DNA of 64,000 nt, from assembly GCA_030390025.1 (NCBI GenBank), contig CM059433.1, positions 24,988,001 to 25,052,000 on the forward strand, read 5' to 3'. A program made the translations under genes and the position numbers. Positions within the stretch are counted from its first letter, which is position 1; each line of letters begins with the position of its first letter. Positions 1 to 11,272 of the stretch are shown piece after piece. Source of the DNA: Squalus acanthias (lineage: Eukaryota). The notes below the pieces were generated by a model. That model did no database searches, was not told the DNA's origin, and saw only the letters and a program-made list of their open reading frames with translations.

Positions 1-264
1 AGCACATTTTAATTCTTTATAATCTTGATATAAATAGGAAACTCTAATCATATAATAATTAGCATCTTGAAAGTAAAAGATAATTACTGGAATAATTGTG
101 TCCTTTGAGGGATACTACAGGCATTCAACTTAAATATTCCATTTTCATCCAGATTTGAGAAGATCCATATATCGGTACCAATACAGACTTCTCCAGGGGG
201 TGACTAATTAAATAGAAATTCTAACAAAATTATTTTGCTGTTAAAGAAAGAACAGAGCGGAGAA

Positions 265-722
265 GTATACCAGAAATGCGAGGTTATACCTATCAGGAAT
301 GGATGAACAGGCTGGGTCTCTTTTCTCTTGAAAAGAGAAGGCTGAGGGATGACCTAATAGAGGTCTTTATAATTATGAAAGGTTTTGATAGAGTAGATAG
401 AGAGAATGTTTCCACTTGTGGGAAAGAACAAAACTAGAGGCCATCAATATAAGATAGTCACCCAGAAATCCAATAGGGAATTCAGAAGGAACTTCTTTAC
501 CCAGAGAGTGGTGAGAATGTGGAACTCGCTACCACAGGGAGTGGTTGAAGCGAATAGTATAGATGGATTTAAGGGGAGGCTAAATAAACATATGAGGGAG
601 AAGGAAATAGAGGGTTGTGCTGATAGATTTAGGTGCGGAAAGGCGAGAGGAGGCTCGAGTGGAGCATAAACGCCGGCATGGACTGGTTGGGCTGAATGGC
701 CTGTTTCTGTGCTGTATATCCT
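265..722 (+). mobile_element. CR1 LINE 3' fragment (end of ORF2 plus 3' UTR)
   Basis: ORF 406-669 contains FPLVG..TRGH..K...RRNFFTQRVVRMWNSLP, the CR1 ORF2 C-terminus. It is followed by the CR1 3' UTR GGGCTGAATGGCCTGTTTCTGTGCTGTA. Confidence 0.9.
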
Positions 723-1053
723 GTTTGACTGTTTAGAAATGCAGTCAGCAACATTTGAGAGATTTGCGTTTCCTGCTGAAACAGCCCTACTGCTGAATTT
801 TACATTCTTTAAACAATTCTACCTTTTGTAATTTGAAGTAAATTACTGCATAAAAATTAAATTTTTCACAAATCTCTAAAAGGTTATTTTGGTTCTAAAT
901 GTGCGACCTTAAAACTGTAAGCTGACCTGTTTGCGTAGCGGAACCAAAATCGAGCCTCAGCTAGTCAGGCCGACTTACTACTGCGTTGACGTCTGTTCAG
1001 ATTTTTGGGTGGTCCTGCATCCTGGTGGCCAGAGCTACTGCCTGAAACCGGCA

Positions 1054-1481
1054 GAAAAAAAAGACTTGCATTTATATAGCGCCTTTCACAGCCTCAGGAT
1101 GTCCCAAAGTGCTTTAAATCCAATGAAGTACTTTTGAAGTGTAGTCACTGTTGTAATGTAGGAAACGCGGCAGCCAATTTGCACATAGCAAGCTCCCACA
1201 AACAGCGATGTGATAATAACCAGATAATGTTTTTGTTATGTTGATTGAGGGATAAATATTGGCCAAGACACCGGGGATAACTCCCCTGCTCTTTTTCGAA
1301 ATAGTGCCATGGGATCTTTTACGTTCACCCGAGAGAGCAGACGGGGCCTCGTTTAACGTCTCATCCGAAAGACGGCACCTCCGACAGTGCAGCATCAGTA
1401 CTACACTGAAGTGTCAGCCTAGATTTTTATGCTCAAGACTCTGGAGTGGAACTCGAACCCACAACCTTCTGACTCAGAGGC
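1054..1481 (-). mobile_element. tRNA-derived SINE (DeuSINE/SacSINE1-like) with L2-type tail
   Basis: The minus strand has B-box GGTTCGAGTTCC, a core shared with copies at 7.5, 10.0 and 23.9 kb, and tail GCGCTATATAAATGCAAGTCTTT. Confidence 0.85.
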
Positions 1482-2559
1482 CTCGTGCATGAATGATAAT
1501 AGGGAGGAAAGTGATGACATTTGGACCCAGTGCCATTATTGTGTTTGCCCACCTGACTACTGCCAGACCCCCCCCTCGCACACCAACCATGGGCAGTACT
1601 AGTTGGGAGGCAGCCATTTGGAGCAATAGTTTAAGGGGTCCTAAGGTGCTGTCAGCTAATCTGCAGCGGGTGTTGGAGACTTTTTCTGGCGGTCGCTTGT
1701 GTGTTTCCCACTTTAACAGATCTGAAATCTTACATAGGTTCTGCATTCGTGTTGCCTGCTGCTCCACATTGTTGCTCCTTTCTGTTCCCAATGCTAAATA
1801 CAGCTCCCCCTTAACCTGCTGCTGCAGGCTCTTGACATGTGGCTTCACCATCTGATTTCCCACCTCCAAATCGGGGGCTGCCCATGAGGAAAGTGTTTTG
1901 CGCTGACAGCTCGCCGGGCGCATTATAATGAGGGCTGACTAAGGAAATCGCACGGGTCCCCAGTCTGACTCCTCCAGGCGTGATCCGCCCATTGCCCGCA
2001 TGTTTACCGTGCGCGCACAAAACTCACCCCGGTAAACTCTCCACGACCCTGTTTTATTTGATTCCATTTTGTGTGTGGCTTTGGGATCTGATTTTCCAGG
2101 AGTCTGTGTCTTGTGCACTTATTTGCAACAGTTTTGTGTGGAACTTGAGCAATATTTGGGGGAATCTGATCTTTGCTGCCACAGTCTGGATGGCAGCAAC
2201 ACAGTGTTGCTTTGCCCAATGGCGGCCTCCCCTGCAACTGCATCTCAGAATTGCAATTTCAACACTATTTGCTTGTCCCACCCAGGTGACAATTTGAACA
2301 AAAATTATTTACAGCACAGGGTAGATTTTATACCCTGCTGTGGAGCTTTGTGCACTGTGAGGACAACAGCTGGCCCACTGGATTTTGGATCGATTGAAAT
2401 GAATGGACGGAGAATCCTGCAGGGTCCACTGAGCTCCATGTCTGAATTCAGGATGTGCACTTCTGGTTGAAATAAAATCATCGGTTAATAAAAATTAGCA
2501 AACATTTTAGAAAGGGCTCGCCTAATAATTTGCCCGGTCAACACAGTGTCCAGTATGGA

Positions 2560-2925
2560 ACTGAGCCACTCATAGATCGTGTTCAGTCACCAGCCTGAGC
2601 TCAGTTGGGGCGATGATAGGGATGCTACAGTTGATCACAGTGCGTCTGGGCTAGGCAAGGCAAACATTAGCCCAGGTTTCGCTATCCAGCGGATAATCCA
2701 GGAAAGTGCATGTTTGTGGCGGTAGGGTGGGGAACAACAGCGGGCTCCGCTGTAATGCACTCCCATTGTCGACTAGCCCACTGTCCCTGTCATTGTCCAG
2801 GCTCACATGCGCAGAATGGCCATTTGGGCAAGGTACTGGAAAACAGCCAGCGCACGTGGGCCTGTACCTCGGTGAGAGTCAGCACCCACAGGAGAGGGGA
2901 GGAGATAATTGGAGAATAAAGGAAA
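2560..2925 (+). repeat. Ancient unclassified SINE-like interspersed repeat (one of several decayed copies)
   Basis: Diverged similarity by eye to segments at ~3950-4320, 10820-11420, 45640-46290 and 50740-51070, which appear to be on the opposite strand. Confidence 0.4.
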
Positions 2926-5495
2926 ATTAAAATTTAATTTTTGCAACAATATAACAAGTTCAACAACATCTGCAGATTCACCAGTTTTATGCATTTCCAC
3001 AAAGAACATCCTGCCCAGATCATTTGAAGCTTGGGCTACTGGACAGAATGTCACACATAATAATGCATGTATGCACTGAAAGCTGTTGTGTAACCTTGTA
3101 AGTAATGGCAATGACGCACTTGTCACTGTAATGTGCCGGACGGTTAAAGACTAACAAGTTGTTGGATTGTCAGTTGCATGCTTTTCCAACTTGATGATGC
3201 TGTGACTAAAGGAGGAAATTCCATCTCTGTAACGTGTTAGATCAGAGACATTCCACTTGGTTGAGCCAGATTGGGTAGACAAGTGATGGCCTTTGATGTG
3301 AGGGAAGCATAATGCCAATGGATACAGAATTGGCCACACAAGTATAACTGCCAGTTGTGGAAAACGTCAGTGCATCAATAGTTACGGGCTATTGGTCCCA
3401 TTGTCTACCGCAGTGCTAAGACTGTTAACTATTTGTTAGCTTGACTGCTTCACATCACTTACATGAATGAAGTTTGATGGGATAAATATCTAGTTTTGAG
3501 TTTTTAATTCTGGCACCAAGTTCTGTGGGCGTTTGAGGCTCACTGGGGGGTGATTTTACCAGAAGGTGGGATTGGTGCCGGGCGAACAGGAAGTTCACCT
3601 GCCGGCACCGCCCGAGGCCTGGAGAGATTCTAGCTCCCGGGCCTCATTCCCATAATGTAAATCACTCCCTGGCCAGCAGGCGGGAGCAGGAATTCGGGCG
3701 ACAGGGGGCCCCATCACCGGAACAGTCCCCAGCAGTCAGTTAAGTGGATCGGGGGAGTCGGGTAATGATTGTGGTCAGGGAAGGAGGGGGGTGTGAAGCC
3801 CAGGGCAGGGAAGGCCTCAGGTTTCCTTGTGAGGCCCCGAAGATCACACCTGCTCCTCTTGGCCCAGAAGGAAACCTTTAAAAAAAAAAAATTACAAATT
3901 TAAACTTACCTGGACCTCTTCTGGCCCTTGAACCAGCTCACCCACCTACTATGAGACTACCCAAATTCATAATTTGAGACTATTACAACTGATGGTCGAA
4001 TAGCTTGACAACGCTCATTGTCAAAGCTCACTGATAAATAATGGCCACCTGGATGGGGTACAGAGAGTAAGTGCTACCTGTGGATCCAAGCCCCAAGTAA
4101 ATGAGTTAACCCCTTCAGGAGATGAGTATTGGCAAGCTATTCAACTTAAGGGTGCATCAGAGCTGAACCTTGTGCTGTCCTCGTCTGACATCTGCAGATG
4201 TTCACTTGCAATCAAGTGGGACCCCTTGCTGATTTTCCTTTCTTCACCTATGAGTATTGAAGCCAAGTGTAGCACTCCCTTACCACTACCTCACCTGAGA
4301 TCAACTAACTCATGAACAAAACAACAGACAGTTCTTGTATAAGTAGACTGATTGGGTGCATTGCAACAGTACAATGATTGTTCCACTGTTAACTATTTTG
4401 AATTAATATTTCGGGAAAAAAAAGTAATTGTTACTTTACTTGGCTTTGATTGCTGTAGCTCGTGGATGCGACCACAAAACTGAACAGGGATCAGCATCAA
4501 AGCAAAGGCACTCAAAAGGGGCCGGAGAGGTCACTACTGCAGAACACTGACTATAACCAGGAAGCCCTGGTGATCTTGGAAGAAGAGTAAGAGCAAGCTG
4601 TCAAATCACGGGCAAAGGTGAGCGCCACACTTCCTCGCTACCAAGCCCAGTAACTAAGCAATTATTTGAGATTGCAAAAATAAACACGCAATGTGACACA
4701 ATGTGATGTTAGCACAAGTTTGCTGCTGTGCACATAAAAAAAACGCGCACTGGCTAAGAAAGGGCTATTTGCATTCATTAAGTCCAGTTCTTTCGCAGAA
4801 TGTGTACTATGGATACTGGCCAATTAATTCTGCACGTAGCCTGCTTATTTGCTGAGCAAAACTGCAGAATGCGTACTTCACCTAAGGTCCCACTTTATTT
4901 AACCCTCGGGGTTGCTCTTCACAAATTACATTAAAAAGGAGTTAATCAATTGCTTTTGGTTGGAATCCGTAGCACATAATCCACTACGCTATGGGAGATG
5001 GATTATTCTAAACACTATTCTCACATGAGGCTTGTTAAATTTGTACCTGTATTTGATTTTCTGCTCATCCTTCTCGTTCAATAGTCTTTTTGCATTTACA
5101 TTATTCATGCCCATCGACATCTCAAAAGACCTGGTCATCATTTACAGGTTTCCTCCCAACACTTTGGCCTCGATATTAACCCTCACCCCCGCGACGGTCG
5201 GGGAGGGGGTTGAAGAGGGCAGTACGGAGAAGGCGGCAGCAATCTGCCACATACCCGACACCTTATTTTTTTACGGCGGTAGATCGGCAGGACGCTTAAT
5301 TAACAATGCAATTGGGAGCCCGATTTTAAATTGACTGCTGCTGCATGGGCTTCCAGGGGTCGGGAAACTCGGCTGGGATCGCCAGCCTCCCCCCACTGCC
5401 CCAACCAACGGTCTCTGCAGTCCCGCGCAGCCCAGGACCCGCTTTTCCAACGTTAGATTTCGTGCATGCGCAAAACTTTTGAATGTGCCGCGCAG

Positions 5496-5620
5496 CCCCT
5501 TAAAGGAGCCGCACCCCCCCCCCCACAACCCCTTAAAGGAGCCCGCACCCCCCCCCACAACCCCTTAAAGGAGCCGCACCCCCCCCCCACAACCCCTTAA
5601 AGGAGCCGCACCCCCCCCCC
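5496..5620. repeat. Tandem repeat, ~30-bp unit CCCTTAAAGGAGCCGCAC(C)nACAAC, 4 copies
   Basis: Directly visible inside the MITE. Confidence 0.9.
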
Positions 5621-5788
5621 CAACCAAAAAAAAATTAGGGGGAATATTGCCCCCAACCCTCCCAATTGCCGACCTCTCCCCCAATCGCTTGCAGACCTCT
5701 CTTACCCCACCCGATCTCTTCCCCCCTCTCCCCCGCCTCCTGTTGCTGGTGCTCCCTCCCACCCGATGGTCAGGCTGTCAATTTGTCA

Positions 5789-5995
5789 TGACGTGGAGAT
5801 GCCGGCGTTGGACTGGGGTGGACAAATGTGAGAAGTCGCACAACACCAGGTTATAGTCCAACAGTTTTATTTGAAATCACAAGCTTTCGAAGCGCTGCTC
5901 TTCACCTGACGAAAGAGCAGCGCTCCGAAAGCTTGTGATTTCAAATAAAACTGTTGGACTATAACCTGGTGTTGTGCGACTTCACACATTTGTCC
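5789..5995. mobile_element. Penelope-like element terminal repeat inserted as an inverted dimer (~180-bp palindrome)
   Basis: Arms 5819-5903 and 5911-5996 are near-perfect reverse complements. The sequence matches the 3' end of the GIY-YIG element at 42.2 kb. Flanking ATTTGTCA is duplicated (5781-5788, 5996-6003). Confidence 0.85.
5902..5938 (+). ncRNA. Minimal type I hammerhead ribozyme motif (Penelope-associated)
   Basis: TCAC-CTGACGA-stem II(GAGC/GCTC)-GAAA-GC-TT-GTGA. Catalytic cores CUGANGA and GAAA are present; stem I is TCAC/GTGA. Confidence 0.75.
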
Positions 5996-6678
5996 ATTTG
6001 TCAGGCAGGAGACGGAGCTAAAAAAAAAATGTTAATGAGGTCCTGCCCTAAAGATCAGCAAGACCTACGCATCCCCGGCCTTGCCAGGTTCATCGGCTGT
6101 TTTCGGCCTCACCCGCACCCTCCCTGCCTCCCCGTAAATTTCAGGGCCTTTCTGTTCACAGCAAAAAGATGGTTTCTGTAAGCAGGGCGAGTCTCCTCTG
6201 TGCTGAAACCTGTATCCCTTATATCTGAGACAGCATGCCCACGATCAGCAATTAACCTGTAACTGGGTTATTGGCCCTGGAGAGAACCTGGGTTACCCAA
6301 CGTGATCACCTGTCTTCTCTGCACCATCAGATCAATGTGTTCGGGCTAAAACGAATATATTTATTTACAAGTAAGATAATACTCAGAAATAGTAAATCAC
6401 AGCAGGATACATAGAGTACAAATACTTTAAAACATTAAAGATAGAATCAATGGGCAAGGGATTAGGATGCTCTTTTCTCGAATGTACTTTTTATTAATAC
6501 GTTTCGTAACGTGCCAACGCTTTGGGTAAAAGTCTTTACAGATCTTCATGATGTGATGATATAGATGGTCAACACAAAGCAGCCTTTCATGTCTCAGCTT
6601 ACTTTTTGTAGGACTAGCCGTGACCTGAAATTTCCACAGGATCCTACACGTTGTGAGGCAAGGTGTTAATATTGAGAC

Positions 6679-6721
6679 AATAGCAAAATACTGCGGATGC
6701 TGGAAATCTGAAAAAAACTGT
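6679..6721 (-). mobile_element. 43-bp Penelope terminal micro-insertion
   Basis: GCAAAATACTGCGGATGCTGGAAATCTGAAA matches the termini at 10.96 and 46.74 kb. A 15-bp TSD TGTTAATATTGAGAC lies at 6664-6678 and 6722-6736. Confidence 0.75.
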
Positions 6722-7205
6722 TGTTAATATTGAGACGTTAGGTAGGATTGTCTGAGTGTGGCAGTGGATATGTCTGGAGCTGGGAGCAGGCACCAGTGAT
6801 GCAAGTTCCAAAGGGTCAAGGTTCCTCAGCTGCAGTGCCCGCTCTGAAAATTGGCCCTATTAATTATCTTTTTCTCAAACAATTCCCTTGCTAGCTCAGC
6901 CATCAGAGATAATGGGTTCATTTTCCATCTTCATGTTTCTGGAGGAAGTGGAAGGTTGAAAAATTACTTCTAATGAGTTCATCGCGGGTGTGGACTTGCA
7001 GACGTTATCATTTCAAAGAGATACTGCCTATGTCACCAAACAGTCTTTGACTTAATTATTCTCTGAATCCAGGCACCAAGGTCTAGAAATTTGATCCCAT
7101 TTTCCGGGCATACAACGGGGTCAAAAATGTCCAATTTTTGTCCCACTATGGGTGCACGCCAGAAGCCAGAGGCCCAAGGCTTACCCAAAATTGGGACTCG
7201 GGCCT

Positions 7206-9362
7206 AATTAGCATAGTACCAGCGAGCTGCAGACACCAATCAGGTGTCCAGAGGCAGCTCGCTGGTTTGACCAGGACTATTTTGCCCGGTTACCCCACTG
7301 CCAGTGGCTCTCCGGTAAATCATGGGATTGGGGGGCAGGGGCAAAGGAGAATGGGAGGGGAAGTGCTCACGGGCTAGCAGCGGCCCTCCGGAGTGCTGTG
7401 GAATGGGGAGGAGCATTCCTGCTCCTCATGAAAGTAAAATAAAAATAAAATCTTACCTTTTTGGTGAAGCCGCAGCAATCACTAAAAAAGCTGATGCCCA
7501 GCGCTGACCAATTTTGTAGAGTGTAAGAAAAGAAAGACTTGCATTTATTTAGCACCTTTCACAAACTCAGGACATCCCAAAGCACTTTACATCCAATGAA
7601 GTACTTTTTGAAGTGGAGTCACTGTTGTAATGTGGGAAATACGGCAGCCAATTTGCGCACAGCAAGCTCCCACAAACAGCAATGTGATAATGACCAAATA
7701 ATCTGTTTTTGTGATGTTGATTGAGGGATAAATATTGGCTGGGACACCAGGGATAACTCCCCTGCTCTTCTTCGAAATAGTGCCATGGGATCTTTTACGT
7801 CTACCTGAGAGGGCAGGCGGGTCCTCAGTTTAACGTCTCACTCGAAAGACAGCACCTCCGACAGTGCAGCATTCCTCAGTGACAGCCTAGATTTTTGTAC
7901 TCAAGTCTCTGTAGTGGAACTTGAACCCACAACCTTCTGGCTCAGAGGCGAGAGTGCTACCCACTGAGCCACAGCTGTCCCTGATCCTTAAGCAGTGGTT
8001 AAGCCCCTCATTAGCATATACAACAAGCCTAACACCTGTTAAACAATTTATACCTTGTTTACTGTCCTTTAGATATTGGATTCATTGAATGAATCTGATA
8101 TTTGTTGCAGTCTTGGTTTGTGAAACCACTGAGATTGTACTAGTGGGGAATTTACAAGGTGGAGGAAGAATGCTTCCGCCCTCCTGTAGGTCCGTCCACA
8201 CGATCATCCCCCAAACTTGACCAGTGCATGTGGATCAACTGAGTCAATATCTAATTAAAAGAAAATGAAAGTGGTACATGAGCTGGGTAGCAAAGTGTCT
8301 TTAACAAAAATGTGCTGCCTCAGGGAAACTGATGTCAAGTTGTGTTGCCAAGGAAGCCGCTGCTCGTATCTTGCAATGAGATAACACCTGTTCCCAAAAT
8401 TGGGAACATTGCTTGTTTGGAAATTACAATCACAATTAAAGATCAGGCATTTGCTTTATGTCTAGTGCTCAGTTAAAGAGGAAATCTCACAATGCATTTA
8501 CAATCATAGAATCTTACAGCACAGAAGGAGGCCATTTGGCCCATCGTGCCTGTGCTGGAATCCACTGGTCAATCTCCCACATTGCTTCACATGGTGAAAC
8601 GGGGCTGGAGGGCAAGGATAATTGAACCAGGGCCTGCAGACACAATTCAGTCCCCATTTTAAATGGGCTAAAAAGGAGTTTAAAGATTCCTTACTTCAAT
8701 TTCTCTTAGGAGGAACCCTGCTGATCTTCCCCTCCCGTTACTGATTGCAGCTCAGCCACGTCCATTGGAAAGTGTGTGTTTGTGGCAATCAGTTAGGGAC
8801 GGGATCATGTTTGACTTGAATCCCCCCCACAGTCACACAGTGCTCACAGACATCACCTGTTTCCATGCTCGGGAATATTGCTTCCCCGACCTTGTAAAAT
8901 CCCCACTCGTACAATCAGAGTGGTTTCACAAAGCAACATGAAGACAAGTATCAGATTCATTCAATGAATCCAATATCTAGAGGACAATAAGCAAGGTATA
9001 AATTGCTTAACAGTTATGAGGCTTGTTGTATCTGCTAATGAGGGACATAACGCCTGTTTAAGGATCACGCTGCAAAATTGGTCAGTGCTGGGCCTCAGAT
9101 TTTTCAGTGATTGCTGCAGCTTCACCAAAAAGTTAAGTTTTTATTTTACTTTGATGAGGAGCAGGACCTCCTCATTCCACAGCACTCCGGAAGGCCGCTG
9201 CCAGCCCGTGAGTACTTCCTCTCCCATTCTCCTCCCACACCCGCAACACTCTATGATTTAACTGAGAGCCACTGGCAATGAGGTAGCCGACCAAAATTGT
9301 CCTGGTCAAACCAGCGAGCTGCCTCTGGATTGGCGTCTGCAGCTCGCCGGTACTATGCTAAT
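7206..9362. repeat. Long inverted repeat: left arm 7206-7523 + 7978-8104 (split by a SINE), right arm ~8948-9362
   Basis: AGCATAGTACCAGCGAGCTGCAGAC at 7210 is matched by a reverse complement at ~9335-9359. GATATTGGATTCATTGAATGAATCTGATA at ~8072-8100 is matched at 8949-8977. Confidence 0.85.
7524..7976 (-). mobile_element. tRNA-derived SINE (DeuSINE/SacSINE1-like), full length
   Basis: Head TGGCTCAGTGGGTAGCACTCTCGCCTCTGAG..GGTTCAAGTTCC (A and B boxes), conserved core and L2-type tail. Confidence 0.9.
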
Positions 9363-10029
9363 CTATGATCCAGCGCTCTTATAGTGCGCAGCACTCACTA
9401 GGTGTGTCAGATTGTGGACTAGCCCCTATAAAGAGATGGCCCAGTGAGTTAGTGGGGGAGGGGGCTGCCAGCACCAATGGATCCATACCCTTCAGGGGAA
9501 GAAAAATGGAAAAAACTTTTAAAATTCAGTGTGGATGTGTGGGAGCAGGAAGCAGTGCAGAGGAGGGAAAAAGAAGCAACATAATTGAAACTGATACTAA
9601 TCACATTCAAAATTGAAAATGTTTCCTGTTTGTTAGGATAGTGGTGCTCTTTTCATATATTTCACACAACTGTGCTAATCAGTTTGAGTCCCAGTGTAGA
9701 TGTGTGAGTTCTGGTTGTGTGTTGACTGACTGTAATCTATAGTATGGATGGGACCTGCCACATACTGAAGATATTTTTGTGCACTATTCAGTTGCTGTCA
9801 AGAGGTCTTAGACTTGCTGTTAACTAATACAGAACAGCTGCTGGCATGGCCCTGGTTATGTAAAAGACAAGGGAGTGACAAACGATAGTGGATCCACCAA
9901 CCGACATAAGTTGAATGCTAAGTATCATTTAGCTCAGCTCCATACAAGCTACACAAAGGACATTGAGCCAAGTTCAGTAAAATTATTGAAAAACAAACGT
10001 GGATTTCTTTCCCCAAATGAGTTTCATAC

Positions 10030-10363
10030 CACTTCCGTGCTGTACTGTTGGAGGTGCCGTCATTCAGATGAGACGTTAAATCGAGACCCTGTGTGCACCC
10101 TCAGATTGACATAATAGATCCCATGGCACTATTCGAAGACGAGCAGGAGACATCTCCCTGTGTCCTGCCTAATATTTATCCCTCAGACAACATCACTTGA
10201 AAAACAGATTATCTGCTCATTTAGACATTGCTGTTTGTGAGACCTTCCTGTGTGCAAATTGGCTGCGGTGTTTGCCAACATTGACTGCACTTCTAAAGTA
10301 TTTCATTTTGGTTGTGGCATCCTGAGGTTGTGAAAGTTGGTAAATAAATGCAAGTTCTTTCTT
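10030..10363 (+). mobile_element. DeuSINE-like SINE, 5'-truncated
   Basis: Core and tail (AAATGCAAGTTCTTTCTT) match the other copies. Confidence 0.8.
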
Positions 10364-10953
10364 CTCTTTATATTTAAACTTTCAAAAAGTCAACAGCCAG
10401 CCTTCTACAAGATCATGAAAATATTCTTTATTATAATTAAAACCCAAGTCAATCTCCTGTGGCTTTGCTCGTGGTTGGCCAGAGAAAATGGTAAGTCTTT
10501 TATTGGTGCTTGTTGTGAGAGGCTGAGAGGTTGGAGCGCCACCTCTGGAGCAAGCAAGAATTACAGGTGCACTTGCTTTTTTAGTGGAGGAAGTACAAAT
10601 AACACACACTACCATTGCAGTGTTACCCATTCTTTCAATGGACTACTGTCACAATCATGACAATGCAAAAAAAAACCTCAAGGATTTTAACATGTTATAT
10701 AGATGATTATGGCTTTGTAGATTGGAGAACACTTCTATGAATGACATTATCTTCCCTCCCCCCACCGATTTAGCAAAGCTTCAAGGACTTTGCAAAAAAA
10801 ATATGCAGAGCCCTACACATGAGATTGTCCAGTGAGTAGCATCAAAGAAGAACCTGATCCTGACCTCACCCAAAGTCCTCACATACATTTCTAGCACGGG
10901 CCGCTGTAAAGTGATCAAGAGCAGGAACATTGGTCGAGACTCCTCTCCTTAAT

Positions 10954-11272
10954 ACAAAAAGAAAATACTGCAGATGCTGGAAATCTGAAATAAAAACAGA
11001 AAATACTGGAGATACTCAGCAGGTCAGGCAGCATCTGTGAAGAGAGAAACAGAGTTGATGTTTCAGGTTGCTGACCTTTCGATAGAACTGGAAAAAAGCA
11101 GGAAATGGAAGAGATTTTTAAGCAAGTGTGGGAGCTGGGAAAGGGGGGAGGGGATGAAAGAACAAAAGTGAAGGTCTGCGATAGGATAGAAGGCAGGAGA
11201 GGTTAAGAGACATTAAGAGATATTCAAGGCAAAAGGAGATGGTAATGGGACAGGTTAAGACACAAAAGATGG
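10954..11272 (-). mobile_element. Penelope-like element 3' fragment (second family)
   Basis: Terminus AAAATACTGCAGATGCTGGAAATCTGAAATAAAAACAG and a degenerate hammerhead at ~11054-11088. An 11-bp TSD CTCTCCTTAAT lies at 10943-10953 and 11273-11283. Confidence 0.8.

Larger units (their letters stand above)
5166..6148. mobile_element. Harbinger-type MITE (non-autonomous DNA transposon)
   Basis: Imperfect 12-bp TIRs GGCCTCGATATT / AATTTCAGGGCC, with a 3-bp TTT duplication at 5163-5165 and 6149-6151. Confidence 0.7.

Noticed and set aside
2940..3430. Minus-strand peptides GSYTCVA (Ig-like) and PIWLNQVEC (SRCR-like)
   Set aside because: The motifs are short, interrupted by stops and lack splice support, so they are probably chance or an unidentified fossil.
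5792..5818. tRNA/tmRNA 3'-end-like att site (ACCCCAGTCCAACGCCGGCATCTCCAC on -)
   Set aside because: It recurs at 23302 as part of the Penelope terminal repeat.
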